From Podarcis vaucheri (taxonomy: Eukaryota): a DNA stretch of 64,000 bases. Positions within the stretch are counted from its first letter, which is position 1. Each line of letters begins with the position of its first letter. Location: assembly GCA_965113315.1 (NCBI GenBank), contig OZ220363.1; one strand, written 5' to 3'. The notes under the pieces were generated by a model. The model was not told the origin of the DNA, did no database searches, and saw only the letters and a program-made list of their open reading frames with translations. Position numbers and translations under genes: made by a program. Shown here piece after piece: positions 11,401-22,600 of this stretch.

Positions 11401-13154
11401 TCCCTAGATAGCTCTCTAGAGGAATAATGTGGGGAATGTCTTTGCACAGAAACCAAGCTGTCCCTGGATATAAAATTGGAACATGGGGAGCCAACCTTAA
11501 GCCCATCCTGTGAAATGGCTTTTTAGACACCTCAAGGGTTTCTTGTTGGAAACCAGCAACCAAAACTTTCATAATCTTGCTCTTGCAAGATGGAATGAGT
11601 TCTGTTTACACTCCCTTCCTTACACTTTGGAGTAGCTAACATCACTACAAATACAGCCTACATGAAAGAGAAAAAAACACCCTAAGACTCACTAAAACAC
11701 TGCCCCTCTGTGCATATAATCCTGGCCCCCAGAACTGCATACCAAGTAGGTTGACATTGCTTCTGTAATATGATCTGGGAAGCAGTCAGAGAATGAGTTC
11801 CAGTTTGGGGGGAACCACCACCAGAAACAGATGTGCAGTTGTTGTCCATAGTGGTTACTTGAATGAACTTTGGGGCAAATGCTACTGACAGTAGAAATCA
11901 GGATAAAACCCAAGGGAAGAACAGTATTTGAAGTCCAAGCCATTAAAAGCTTTCTGTGCCATAAGCAGCACCTTGAATCAAGTAAGAAAGACTAGAGGGA
12001 GATATTGTGAATTCTAGGCCCCTGTTACAACACTCAGCCTGGCTTCTCAGTGTGGGGTGATTTCTCCTGATCTTTAGCACTGAAGTTGACTTTCCCTGGG
12101 GAGCTGATTCCCTCTTGAGAGCAAAAGGAAGGGTGGCAAAATAGTTCTCTTTGAAAGCCAGGCCAATGCTAAAGGTTTCCCTTGTACCTTCAGGGAAGAG
12201 TGAAGATTTCCTGCTGGTGCTGGTGAACCGGCCACTGCTTGTCCTGCACAGTGATGCCGGCTACGTGGGTCTGTGTTCTGACATGAGGAAGCTGGAAGGG
12301 AACTGCGTCAGCTATGTTGCCAGCAGCCTGTCGCTCACCGAGGAAGGCTACTACAACTTCCAAGTTGGTTAGTATGTTTCCAGGTGGGACTAAGTATATC
12401 CCAAGGGGTTGGGGTCTCCTAGTATCTGTGTTGCGAGTGAAACATGACCTACTCATAAATGGGAGCTGCCATCAAAGGATTTTTATAAAAACAAGCCTAG
12501 TTTATACGTAGCTATAAGAGGGAGCCAAAACTTGCTTTCCCAAACCAAAACAATGCAAGAGAGCGCATCATCACTATTTCCCCCCCTTTGCCCTTTGTTT
12601 TGCTCCATGACCCCTGGACAATAGTTTCCTAGGCCCAATTAAGGATAAACTACTGTTCAGGTTGGATGGCCATCTGTCATGGTTGATTTAGCTGTGATTC
12701 CTGTGTTGCAGGGCGTTGGACTAATGACCCTTGGGTCCCTTCCGACTCTCTTATTCTAGGTGTCGATCATGTTTTCACTTTATACATGGTTTCTTTCTAA
12801 ACCATACCTAGTATTGCCATGACAAGCACATCCTAATTACCTGTGATTCTTTTACCTCGTAAAAGTCAGAGAGATCCAAGAGCTGGTCTTGCCACACCTC
12901 TACCTTCCCTGACCCTCACCCTTCCTTCCACTAATTCTGCCACTTGACCTGCAGGCAGCAAGTACTGGGCTCTGGATAACGATGGACAAATCTTGGTAAA
13001 CAGTGACCGTCCCAGCAATTTCACCATCCAGCTTGCATCCTCCAGCTGCCTGATCATCAAAGCACCCAACAACAAGTTTTTTGTGGCTGAGCAAGGAGGC
13101 CGACTATGGGCAGGGGCTTCAGACGCATCTGGAGCAACACTGTTCCATTTCTGA
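5104..13154 (+). CDS. Fascin-like actin-bundling protein (four beta-trefoil domains), 7 coding exons, 494 aa; divergent paralog not clearly FSCN1/2/3
   Basis: Exons 5104-5409, 6173-6422, 7953-8234, 9317-9435, 11090-11243, 12194-12367, 12955-13154. All introns are GT-AG, phases are compatible, and the 1485 nt are open. Fascin motifs throughout: FGLVNAANRYLTAE, KRYLGG..CFAQ..EKWTLHLAVHP, DRDMPWG, ALRDEEGKYL, FRSHSGAY, NGQL, LVNRP, SKYW, TLFHF*. Start context accATG. Confidence 0.92.
6173..6422 (+). CDS. Fascin-like exon 2 (VSLQNEQSKRYLGG...IYYDFR)
   Basis: Acceptor ccctccctgcag|, donor G|gtgggt, fascin homology. Confidence 0.9.
7953..8234 (+). CDS. Fascin-like exon 3 (AKKYGLRNG...ICCRPG)
   Basis: Acceptor tttgtctccag|, donor G|gtaagt, fascin homology. 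Confidence 0.9.
9317..9435 (+). CDS. Fascin-like exon 4 (ADLYAN...GAYMSL)
   Basis: Acceptor ccccctgcag|, donor TTG|gtgagt. Confidence 0.9.
11090..11243 (+). CDS. Fascin-like exon 5 (GPNDCINS...NGQLLAIPKAAG)
   Basis: Acceptor gtcttttgcag|, donor G|gtacaa. Not in the ORF track; translated by hand (WFDIQY..VCLR..NGQL). Confidence 0.88.
12194..12367 (+). CDS. Fascin-like exon 6 (KSEDFLLVLVNRP...YYNFQV)
   Basis: Acceptor taccttcag|, donor G|gttagt. Confidence 0.9.
12655..12760 (+). mobile_element. CR1 LINE 3' end fragment
   Basis: Resembles a CR1 3' terminus (gttggactaatgacccttgggtcccttccgactc...attcta). Confidence 0.55.
12955..13154 (+). CDS. Fascin-like exon 7 (SKYWALDND...TLFHF*)
   Basis: Acceptor acctgcag|, TGA at 13152-13154, AATAAA at 13181. 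Confidence 0.88.
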
Positions 13155-13180
13155 GAGCATCTGACCTTGCTCTTCCCACC

Positions 13181-13186
13181 AATAAA
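13181..13186 (+). terminator. Proximal polyadenylation signal of the fascin-like gene
   Basis: AATAAA 27 nt after the stop, followed by U/GU-rich tttttctgtgtgg. Confidence 0.7.
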
Positions 13187-13570
13187 CTTTTTCTGTGTGG
13201 GCTTACTTCATGCTTATCTCAACTGATGCCCAATTGGCCCATGTGTTAGACCTCTTGGAAATGACCCTTCCTCCGTAGATCCTCCCTCACACAGGGCATA
13301 CTTGAACTCTAAATGAAAGCTCTGCTACCTACAGCAGACCCAAGCCAGGACCCTTTCATATGAATTTCCTTATGCAAAAACTTTCTGTGCCCATGAGGTC
13401 CCTTCTGAAGCACCTTCCTGCAGTTAGGATGATTTGCAAAGCCTCAGTTATCTTAAAGATGTGTACCTCTCTTCAGCCCAAGAGGGGTCCCCCCATGCTT
13501 CTAGGAGCACTGCTGTTCTCCCAGTGTACCAATGTTTGTCTTAAGCTCCACATAGCTTCAGTAGTTTAAA

Positions 13571-13584
13571 AATAAATATTTATT
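13571..13584. terminator. Palindromic bidirectional polyA signal AATAAATATTTATT (likely TMEM216 3' end)
   Basis: Perfect 14-bp palindrome giving AATAAA on both strands, located between two convergent genes. Confidence 0.5.
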
Positions 13585-14420
13585 CCAAGGATGCAGTAGA
13601 AAACCAAGTATCACAAATTATCAATACACACCAATAACAACACTGATTTGGGGGAAGGGGCACAAGGCCTGCTGCCCTTATCCCTACCCACATTCAGGAA
13701 GAGGGCACAGGAGGTAACACAACAATTAGGGAGGATGAGCAAGACTGCCCTCCTGAGTCACTGCACACATGCTAGAGTCTTGAGTTGTTAGAATGTACCA
13801 CGCTGGGGAATTCAAAGGACACACCAGCTGCAGGCAAAGTCTGATTATTAGGTGGCATTCACTGGCCCATAGTCTTTTGACTTGCAAGAGTCAATTACCA
13901 AAGGTACAAAGTTGGAATGGATCAATTGGCGCCCTCCAGGAGGATTGCAAGCTTAGTTAGGGTGTGTGGGTCCGTCATCTCATGAAAACTGTTTCCAGAC
14001 ACTGGAGACCCTGCTAACGGTGCTCTACCTGAATGAGCTTGAAATGAGAAGTTGAGCCGCCGCCTTTCAGCTTATTGGGGGAATTGGACCCACACCTCAT
14101 CTTGTTCCAGCCACAGAAATGGAGGGTTCATGCAGCCTCTCTCCAGTCTGAAGAGCACACAGTTCCATACATTGCAGCCCACAAAGGTTCTCAGTAAGAG
14201 TCCAAGCTGCAGAAAATACAGAGGGAAACATGAGGATCTTAGCAACAGCAACAGCAAATACCTCTGCCTTCCTACCCAAAGTACAGTGGAACAGACTGAA
14301 CACCTATTCCAAGGATGGGGAACCTGCAGGCCTCCAGATGTTGGAATCCAACTCCCACCATAGCCAATAATCAGTGATGATGGAAGTTGTCTAGCAACAT
14401 CTGGGGAGCCCATGGGTACT

Positions 14421-17400
14421 TTATCCCTGTTGTATTCCATTGATTCCCCTGTTTGAAGAAATAAGCCAACCAACATAAATATATGATAAGCCACCTGTGC
14501 AATTTAGCATTACATCATTGAGCCTGAATGAATCAGAAAAAGAACGTCAAACTTGCATGTTCTCCCACAACGGCCAAGGAGGACTTCAGCAGGATTTTAT
14601 GTTCTCTATTTAATTAAACTTTTAAAGAATCCTAGCTTAGCATTATTTCTGAATCAGGAATCCTGGTTTAAAACTCTGGTAAGTGCCATAATAAATCAAC
14701 TTTACACTATGGGTTATAAAGTTGGCTTCTTAAACGGATCAGAGTTACAGTATACCAATTTCCAGAGAGTATAACAGAAAGGCTTGCATTCAACACAGCG
14801 CTAAGAAGAAAGATTTCTCCTTGTGCAATTGAGCATATTCCCCACCTGCATGCCCCTTAAATCTGCTCTGGGAATGGCATGGAGCACAGAAGTCCCACTG
14901 TACTAATACTAATCCTTGCACTAGTGTGGGTATTTGGTTGAATATTGTCCAGTCTTTGGGGGACATTAAAGGCTAAGCTAACACATTTATTACAGCTTAA
15001 GCTAGTCCATGAAAACTTATGCCATAACTAATTTGATACTTTTTAATGTGCCACAGGACTTTTGTTGTTTTAAACCAGGATCCTTGGTTCCAACATGATG
15101 CTAAACAGGGATTATTTAAAAGTGAAAGTAAATCCTTCCACGTCCTCCCAGCCATAAAGGAAGGGGATATGGGGACTCACACACGAGCCTGAAACTTCAC
15201 TTAGACCTTTCCATATAGCACTAAGCCCAACATTACATGTAAATACAGTCAGTGTCTTAAAAAACAAAATCTAATCAATGCACATAAAAAAATATTTCCC
15301 TAAAATACCATAATGGTAGGCAAGTAAAGTACCTGGAGAAGGCAGCCAGAGTGAGAACACCCAGTAACAGCTCCACAGCATAGAAGAGGAGGAGGATAGC
15401 ATTAAGGATGGCCTCCAGCCGCAGAGCATAAGTCTGCAGCAGCAGATAATAGGCTGCCATCATTGCTGCTGGAAAGGTTAAAGCCAGACTGATAGCAAGT
15501 GGCACTTTCCGTTGACAGAGGTTCCCTTTTGAGCCTGCCATACACAGAAAATATTAAAAAGAAAATGCATAGACCTGTTCAGCATAAAAGCCACAGTATT
15601 TGGAATCTGATGGCACAAAATGAATAGCTCTACTTTTCAGGGATCAGTTCTCATTTAACTAAATAAGTCAAAAAATAACTCATTTAACTAAATAAGTCAA
15701 AAAATTGTCCAGTAGCACCTTCGAGACCAACTAAGTTTGTTCTGGGTATAAGCTTTCGTGTGCATGCACACTTCTTCAGATACACTGAAACAGAAGTCAC
15801 CAGAACCTTATATATAATGGGAGGTGGGGTGGGGTATTTCTCAGAAGGGTAGTAGAAGATGGGTGATTGACTCAATGGGTATGGTAAATCTGTTGATGAC
15901 TGAACAATTTTGTATTAAAAAATTTTTTTTTTTAATTTTTAAAAAAAATAAATAACTTTTTTTAAAAAACACATTTATTTTATTTCGACTGCGTCAGACC
16001 AACACGGCTATCTACCTGAATCAAGAATCATTTAACAGAGAATAAGGAATGGGATTTTGCATTTAACATTTGTACTGTAGTTCATAAGCTAGTCTCAGGT
16101 CAGGAAGGACAGTCAGACTGGATAAATGGGATCTCATATTTCCACCCACATAATGATGTCTTGCCTCCTACCTACTCCCGAATTAAGGGATGTACCACAG
16201 AGCCCCTTTTTCAGCCTCATTTCATTGGAGGCACCTATTCCAGTTCAGCAGAATAATTAGGAAGGCCTGGAATGATGGAGTGAAGGCACTGTCAGCAATT
16301 TACACTCTGCTCAACTACTCTACTCTCAAACACCTTTGCTGTTGGAGAAGCGGAATTTATCGATGAGTGAACCACCTTAACAACAACAACAATAAATTTT
16401 ATTCATATCCTGCCCATCTGGCTGGGTTTCCCTAGGAGTCATCTTTTCAGGTCAAGTGCCATCAAAGATGCTCACAAAATGGCAGGTGAGTGCACTACTC
16501 GTGGGAACATTTTTATTGAATACTCACCAAAAAATATCCGGGTCACTTCAATCCCAAGATAGAGAAAAAGCATAATCAGGTCCAAAGCCAAATTGGCAGA
16601 GGGGTAGGGCAACAGGAGTCCTAAGCGGGTACACAAATGGACATGTGCATTAAGAGAACAGCAAAGCCAGATGCCTCTTCCCATTTAATGAATTCCTTAA
16701 TAAAAGAAGAGTGTCTGATGTTGGTTAACATCTAATGTAGCAGCTAGAATGACAACAAACGCTGGGACATGGATGGTTCTGAAAAAGGCTGTGAACTCTT
16801 AAGCAGCTAGGTGAGAAATAAATAATTACACTATCCACTTTGTTCTTTCACTTTCTTCAGGCGAGAGCCACAAGGTAAATGCGTTAAAAAAGCCTGCAGG
16901 CAACCCAAACATATCACCCCTTCAAAAACTCACCTTTATAGACAAATATGAAAATCTCCAACAGAAAATATGTTGCATAATACCAGCCGTTCAGGAACAG
17001 GAGAATCTCCAGAGGGGTGGAGGAGAGCTGGCGATCTAGGGGGTGAAACCAGAATATGATTATCTATGGGGTAAACATTTTGTGTCCCCCTGCTTTCCAG
17101 CTGAATCAGAGCCAATGGCAATTCTGGTTTTCCCAGGACTGCCATTTGTTCCAATCTATCCCAAGGTGGGTTTTCCCTCAGAAAGGAGCAGGGCAAAGGG
17201 TGTGAGTCAAGCAGAAACTGCTGCTAAGAAGCCAAGCAGCAATGAGACAGTCTCAGTTCTGTTCTAAACTCAGTCAACAGAGACCGGTGTGAGGTGAAGA
17301 TTGTCAAAATGGAAGCCCCGAGATGACAACAGCCATTAGGGGACGCCAATATTTGTACAGGGCTGGACAAGGGCACAGAACACAAGCCTTGTGTGCAGCT

Positions 17401-18006
17401 ACTCTTCATTTCGCCTTTCTTGCATTTGGGGGTGTACTGGACGTTGTGAGCTCAAATTTGGGATGCTGCGTCCTCACCAGCTTAGCGTGGAACCTCAGCA
17501 AATGGTCTAACATACCTCAGGCAAAGGGAAACCAACCAGCAGCAGGGAATAAAAACCCCAGGCCACCGAACTGAACCCCTTGGAAGGGTCCAAAACCCCG
17601 TATTTGGGCAGCTTTACGCTAGGAGAGGGTTGCGAAGGGGCAGCCTCCGGCAGGACGTGGTTTTTCTGCGGAAGCTCAGCGCTAGGCTGAGCCAAGAGGC
17701 CCCTCATCAGGCTCTGGGGACCCGGGGGCCACTCTGCCTCCCTCCCCTTCGCTCCGGCTATTCCTCCCGCCTGGGGAGCGCTTGGCGGGATGCCGTCGGA
17801 TCCCCGCCGTCGCTGCCGGGCTGCAGCCGGAGCCCGGTTCCTGTCCCTGCTCCAGGGCTCGGGGTGTCCTGGGCGGCGGGCCGGGCGAGCGGGGTGGGAA
17901 TCAAGAAGAGCCGAGCCTTCCACGGGGATCAGTCGCGGTCACGTGACCTCGCAGCCCCCAGGGCCCTAGGACGCTGCCGGGACCCCGACTTACTGCGAGG
18001 CGCCAT
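14421..18006 (-). CDS. TMEM216: Transmembrane protein 216 (ciliary transition zone, MKS module)
   Basis: Exons (minus) 18006-17994 (MAPR), 17035-16934 (RQLSSTPLEILLFLNGWYYATYF...YK), 16620-16528 (LLLPYPSANLALD...IFF), 15534-15333 (SKGNLCQRKVPL...TLAAFS). The short terminal exon is uncertain; best candidate is 14448-14421 (RGINGIQQG*). Confidence 0.9.
15005..15070 (+). mobile_element. Degraded Penelope-like element terminal fragment
   Basis: tccatgaaaacttatgccataactaatttg...gtgccacaggacttttgttgtttt resembles reptile PLE termini as recalled. Confidence 0.4.
15700..16025 (-). mobile_element. Penelope-like retroelement remnant in TMEM216 intron 3
   Basis: gtccagtagcaccttcgagaccaactaag...agctttcgtgtgcatgcacacttcttcagatac and cagaccaacacggctatctacctgaatc resemble squamate PLE terminal repeats. 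Flanked by catttaac duplications. Confidence 0.65.
15746..15783 (-). ncRNA. Minimal type I hammerhead ribozyme-like motif (PLE-associated)
   Basis: Minus strand reads GUAU-CUGAAGA-A-GUGUGC(AU)GCACAC-GAAA-GCUU-AUAC: core boxes, perfect stem II, stem I GUAU/AUAC and a palindromic AGCU stem III. Confidence 0.6.
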
Positions 18007-18400
18007 CTTCCATCGCCATGGAAACCGCTACGCAGGAAACCCACTTCCGGCGGAGCTCACGGCACAAAAGCGGGAGAGGGCGCAGTGGCGCGCAGCGTTC
18101 GCGGAGGCAGAAAGGTGTGGGTTGGCAAGGCGCGCGCTCGCTCCCTCGCTCCCAGCACGTTAGACCGAATGGACGCAGAGCAGAGCCGCTCTATCCCTGG
18201 CCTCTTTGTGCCGGAAGACCCGTTAGAAAGGCAAAAAGCTGCATTCGATGCCGGATATCGAGCCGCGTCTCTTTGGGGCGGAGGCCCAGATTCCGAGCGG
18301 GGACGGCGTCGCCTCGTCTCCATGGTAACCCATGAATGCTACCCGCGCTTCCTCCGCGCGAGTTGTGGGGGCAGGAAATAAACGCGGGGGCTCCTTCTGA
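17600..18400 (-). promoter_or_regulatory. TMEM216 CpG-island promoter with RFX X-boxes, ETS, YY1 and E-box motifs
   Basis: CpG-rich. GTCTCCATGGTAAC at 18316-18329, partial X-box ccatggaaac at ~18016-18025, ccggaagt (minus strand) at ~18043-18050, AAGATGGCG at the ATG, GTCACGTGAC at 17938-17947. Confidence 0.8.
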
Positions 18401-19612
18401 CAAGGAGCGACACCAATTTCTTTCCTTGTTATGTAACGGCCCCGTTTTTCTTCCGCCCTTTCCTCACACGCACATTTTTATTTTAGATTTTACAAGTTTT
18501 TTCCCCGGGAAGTGGGGACAACATACACACACGCGCATCATACAACGCACCTCGGATTGCTCAGTTCACGTGGCCCAAATGGCACCTAGCTCGTATATAT
18601 CCGAAAATCCACCACTTAACAAGTTACCCAGCATCCCCTCCTGCCCTCAAAACCTTTTTGATTATTCCATCAAAGGCCCACAGCGTTCCACAATTAATTC
18701 TACTGTTAGGAGTCCTGCCCCACATTTCAGAGTACAAGATTTCCTGGGTATTGCGCTTTAGGAACAAGCTTCTGTTCCCCCTCCCAGTTTATTTTTTCTG
18801 TGAATTTCATTATCTTGCCCTAAACCACACACATGCCAGGCGTAACGAAAACATCCATTTGTTTTCTGTATTGGAATGTTGCTAAATTATATGGTTTATT
18901 TTTAGTATCAACAGCACAACACAGAGAACTGGTGGTAATAAATCAAGCCTTGGAATGGAAAGAACACCCTTTTACTACCACACATTAGAGGAAAAACAAT
19001 AAAGCAAGATCACCACACTCTGGTTTCTGAAAAAGAGCCGATTTATTTTCTCACCATTTATAAAAATGCAAGTACAAAAGGGGAATCTAACAAGTCAATA
19101 AGAGTACATTTGCTCAGGCTGAATACTGCAAAGCCAAACCATAGTCTTTACTTCTTGTCGCACTGTCAGAGGTACTAGTGAAGGCAGGAATCCTTTTCTG
19201 CCACAGGGGAGCTTAGGGCAAGAAAATATTCTCAAGGAGGAAAATGCAGCATTGCTACTCAGTGGGAGTTGTCAGCCAAATCTGTTTGGCACTTCAAATC
19301 GTTCCTCAGTAAGGCTTCAGCCAAATCCAGAGTGCAGTTTGCTGAACTGAAAGGAGGATTGTGGAGTGCTTGGAGACCGAGAAGCATATAGTAGCAAGCA
19401 GGGTATCCACAAAAGAGCAGTTCCATTGATGAGTAGCCTAATGTGCACGAATGTAGGAAAGGGATGAAGTCATTTGACCACATGAGATTTAGAACTTGAC
19501 TGTAGGAGACAAATTGTAGTGGGAGGAGGGCAACTTGCTGCAAGATATTGGTAAAATCTCTCTGGACATTCTAGCAAGCTGGCCTCTGCTCCAAATGATC
19601 CAGAAGCAGCTG

Positions 19613-22600
19613 TCAACTGTGTGCTTGTGCAAACTCTTTCCGTAGCCAAAGAGAGTCCTGGTAGAAACGGGGATCTCCCAAGTGCACAGCCGTCCTCTTA
19701 TAGAAGTAGTAGTACAGCACAGCCACTGCAACCAATCAGAAATAAGTCACAAGCCAGCAAGGTCAACACCTGTAGCAACTTTACTAGTGTTCTTACATTC
19801 AACTTCACCATTATCTCCCCAGCTACACTCCCCCTGCTCCCTGTCCCATCTACTTTCTGTGGGGAAGCACAGATGGAACCAGCCTCATTGATAAATTTTT
19901 CAGCTTTGCTCAGAAGTCATAACACAGGGGAGAAATGAAACAGCCTCGTACCCATTCTCTGGAAAACAAAAAGAGTCTGCAGCCCATCTGTCCACACAAA
20001 ATAGTTGGAATTTTTCCAGCGGAGGTTCTGTGGGAAAGAAATGTATGAAATATTAAAGGCAGGAAATAGACTGTTCCTCCCAGAACAACACAAAACAATA
20101 CCAACCATCCTTTCAGACTTTCTTCAGTGCCCCATCTTTCTACCAAATTCCTTGAGAAACATGGCTCCCATTTTCCTACTCCCAATAATTATTTATATAT
20201 TTAGGAAGCAGCAACATTCCTAACTACTTCTCTTGAAAGTTCAGAGATTATTACAATCTCAAATAAACATTCTAGAAACCATGCAATAATCCAGGACAAC
20301 AAAGAAGGCCTGTGGTATCCCATTGATTGGTGTGTCCCCTTCCTACATCCCACTCAAGGAAGCTTCCACATTTTTTCCAAGTATATTAAACCAGGACTTA
20401 TGCAACTGTATCTATAAAAATATTTTCACAGATAAAATAAAAACCAAAAGTTGACCCACATTAAAATTAGACACAATATTTGTTGAGCTTGTTGGAAAAA
20501 AAGAGTAATGATGTTAGATCCACTACTAGAGAGTTTCCAAAACTCATGTTCCCAGTCATAATAGGCTATTCCAAGTCTTTCTTAACAGTTAAGCAACCAG
20601 ACACCACATGGAATGGATGCCAGCACTCGGAGCAGCTCAGGGAGCAAAGAAAGGTTAATCGGATCAGCAGATTTATACAGAACAACCAGACCTATTCTAG
20701 CTCTCAACAACTGATCACAGAAAATCCTCTTAAATCCTCCTGCCTCACCAAGCAAGGTTTAGGAAAGCAGTAGTACCCAACTTTCAAGCTAGATTGCTTC
20801 ATCTAACTTCAAAGATGAGATATTAATTCCCTAAATATGAGATGACAAGATACTGGGACTTAACTACAATATGTACCATTTTGTCCAGTGTATTCTAGGC
20901 AGGTTTACCATTTACAAATAATGGCATGCAATCTTAAAAGAAAGAGTAAAAAAAGGGATGGGGAATGAAAAGGAAAATAGACACACTGAGTTATTCAAAC
21001 TGGAAATGAGGTGAGATTGAAATAAATCTATTGTTAGCCTCCGTAAAGCCCTCACTCATCTAAAGAGAGCCAAAGAAATCCATAGGGAGGTACTAGACTA
21101 TTGAGGCTGTAAATATGAGAAGGTTTTTGCCTTCAGTGCAGTGAATTCATATCAATGCAAGCACTGCTTTGGAATTTAAACATTCTGTTCCAAGAAGCCA
21201 AGGGTGCTGTACCACGAACTTTTATGACTCTTTGGCAATATAGCCCATCATCAGTGGTAAGTCATTGCATGTCAATGACACCTGTTCATTGTAGTTGTTT
21301 GCTCCACTGAACAAAACTTGGACTGAATTTAAATATGTATCCTTCACTTAGGCAGCTGGACAGCAAGACACACGAAGAACCAGGAATTAGGACCTCGTTT
21401 TTAAATCACAACATCTGTTGATATTTGAAAAGTAAATCACACAGATCATTGCCTATTGCGACAACAGCAAAAATGCTGAGTGCTTACAATGGATCAGGGT
21501 GTCAAACAGAAAATACAGTTTGATCAACTAAAAGCTCAGAGACCAAATATACTTCCTGGCCACTGTTCCAAAACAACTTCTGCACAGCTTCCTGACGCTT
21601 CCAAATACCCTGGAAACCTACAAATCTTTTGTCCCAAATGCTTCTGTCCTCCTTCCCTTTAATTACCCAAATTACAGTGACCTCTGTTAAACTTCACAAA
21701 TCTGTCCAGGAAAAAAGGTGAATGATATAACAGTTATTAAAGCTCAAGATATGTGATATAGGACAAATGCCCAGGCACACTGCCTAGAAGGACAAGACAA
21801 ACCTAGGAGATAACTACAGAACCGAGCAAATAGAGCCAGAACAAAGCATATATTGATCATTCTATGAGATTTCAATGATCCAATGGGCTCACCCCAATCA
21901 ACTAATAGCACAGCGAGAGTCAATGGAATAATGGGCTGTGGACAACGCTGCAGCCAAGAAACTTACTTATACAGCCAATAATCAATAAATTAGAGAGGCC
22001 ACCTTTATACAATATTACAAAATAATAGCAAACATATAACATTTCAACCAGACTTCACTAGGACTACACTAATGCCAGTACTGAGCAAATTAGTGAGTCA
22101 CATTCCAATACTCCATTTGTGTCCATAGCTGCAGCTGCAAATCAGCATGGGTAGTCATGTATGGCTGCCTTTGACAAAACTGCAGATAAAGTTTGGAAGT
22201 CTGTTATAAGAATCAAAATATAAATTTTCTTCTTGGTTCTTTTGAAAAAGACATCAGTCTTCCTTATTGTTGGGATTGTTTGGTTTTGCTTCATAAAAAA
22301 AGAGAGAGTTAAAAGATTAAGAATAGATTCTGCTACAAGCATACTGAGCAGTGTTAAGGGGTACAAAGTCTATACATTACATTGAAAAGATGTGAAGACA
22401 GCATGAAGGTGAAATGTTTTGGTGCATGAAGCAACAAGAGAAACCAGGAAATTGGGCGGTGGGGGGAATCTGAAGGATGAGCTGTTGCCTACACAGCTTC
22501 CAAATCATAAAAAGTGCCAGTAAACCAAGTCAATCAAATGTTAATAACCACTCAACTTACACATAATCACATGTACACAACAAGCTTGCCCTCAGTAAAG

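Noticed and set aside
5104-13154. Calling the gene FSCN1, FSCN2 or FSCN3, or a pseudogene
   Set aside because: The neighbourhood, intron pattern and sequence do not fit the named genes. There are no frameshifts or stops and the splice sites are intact, so it is not a pseudogene.
17507-18403. Cluster of long overlapping ORFs (up to 177 aa)
   Set aside because: Stop-poor GC-rich CpG island; low-complexity Arg/Pro/Ala translations with no recognisable homology.
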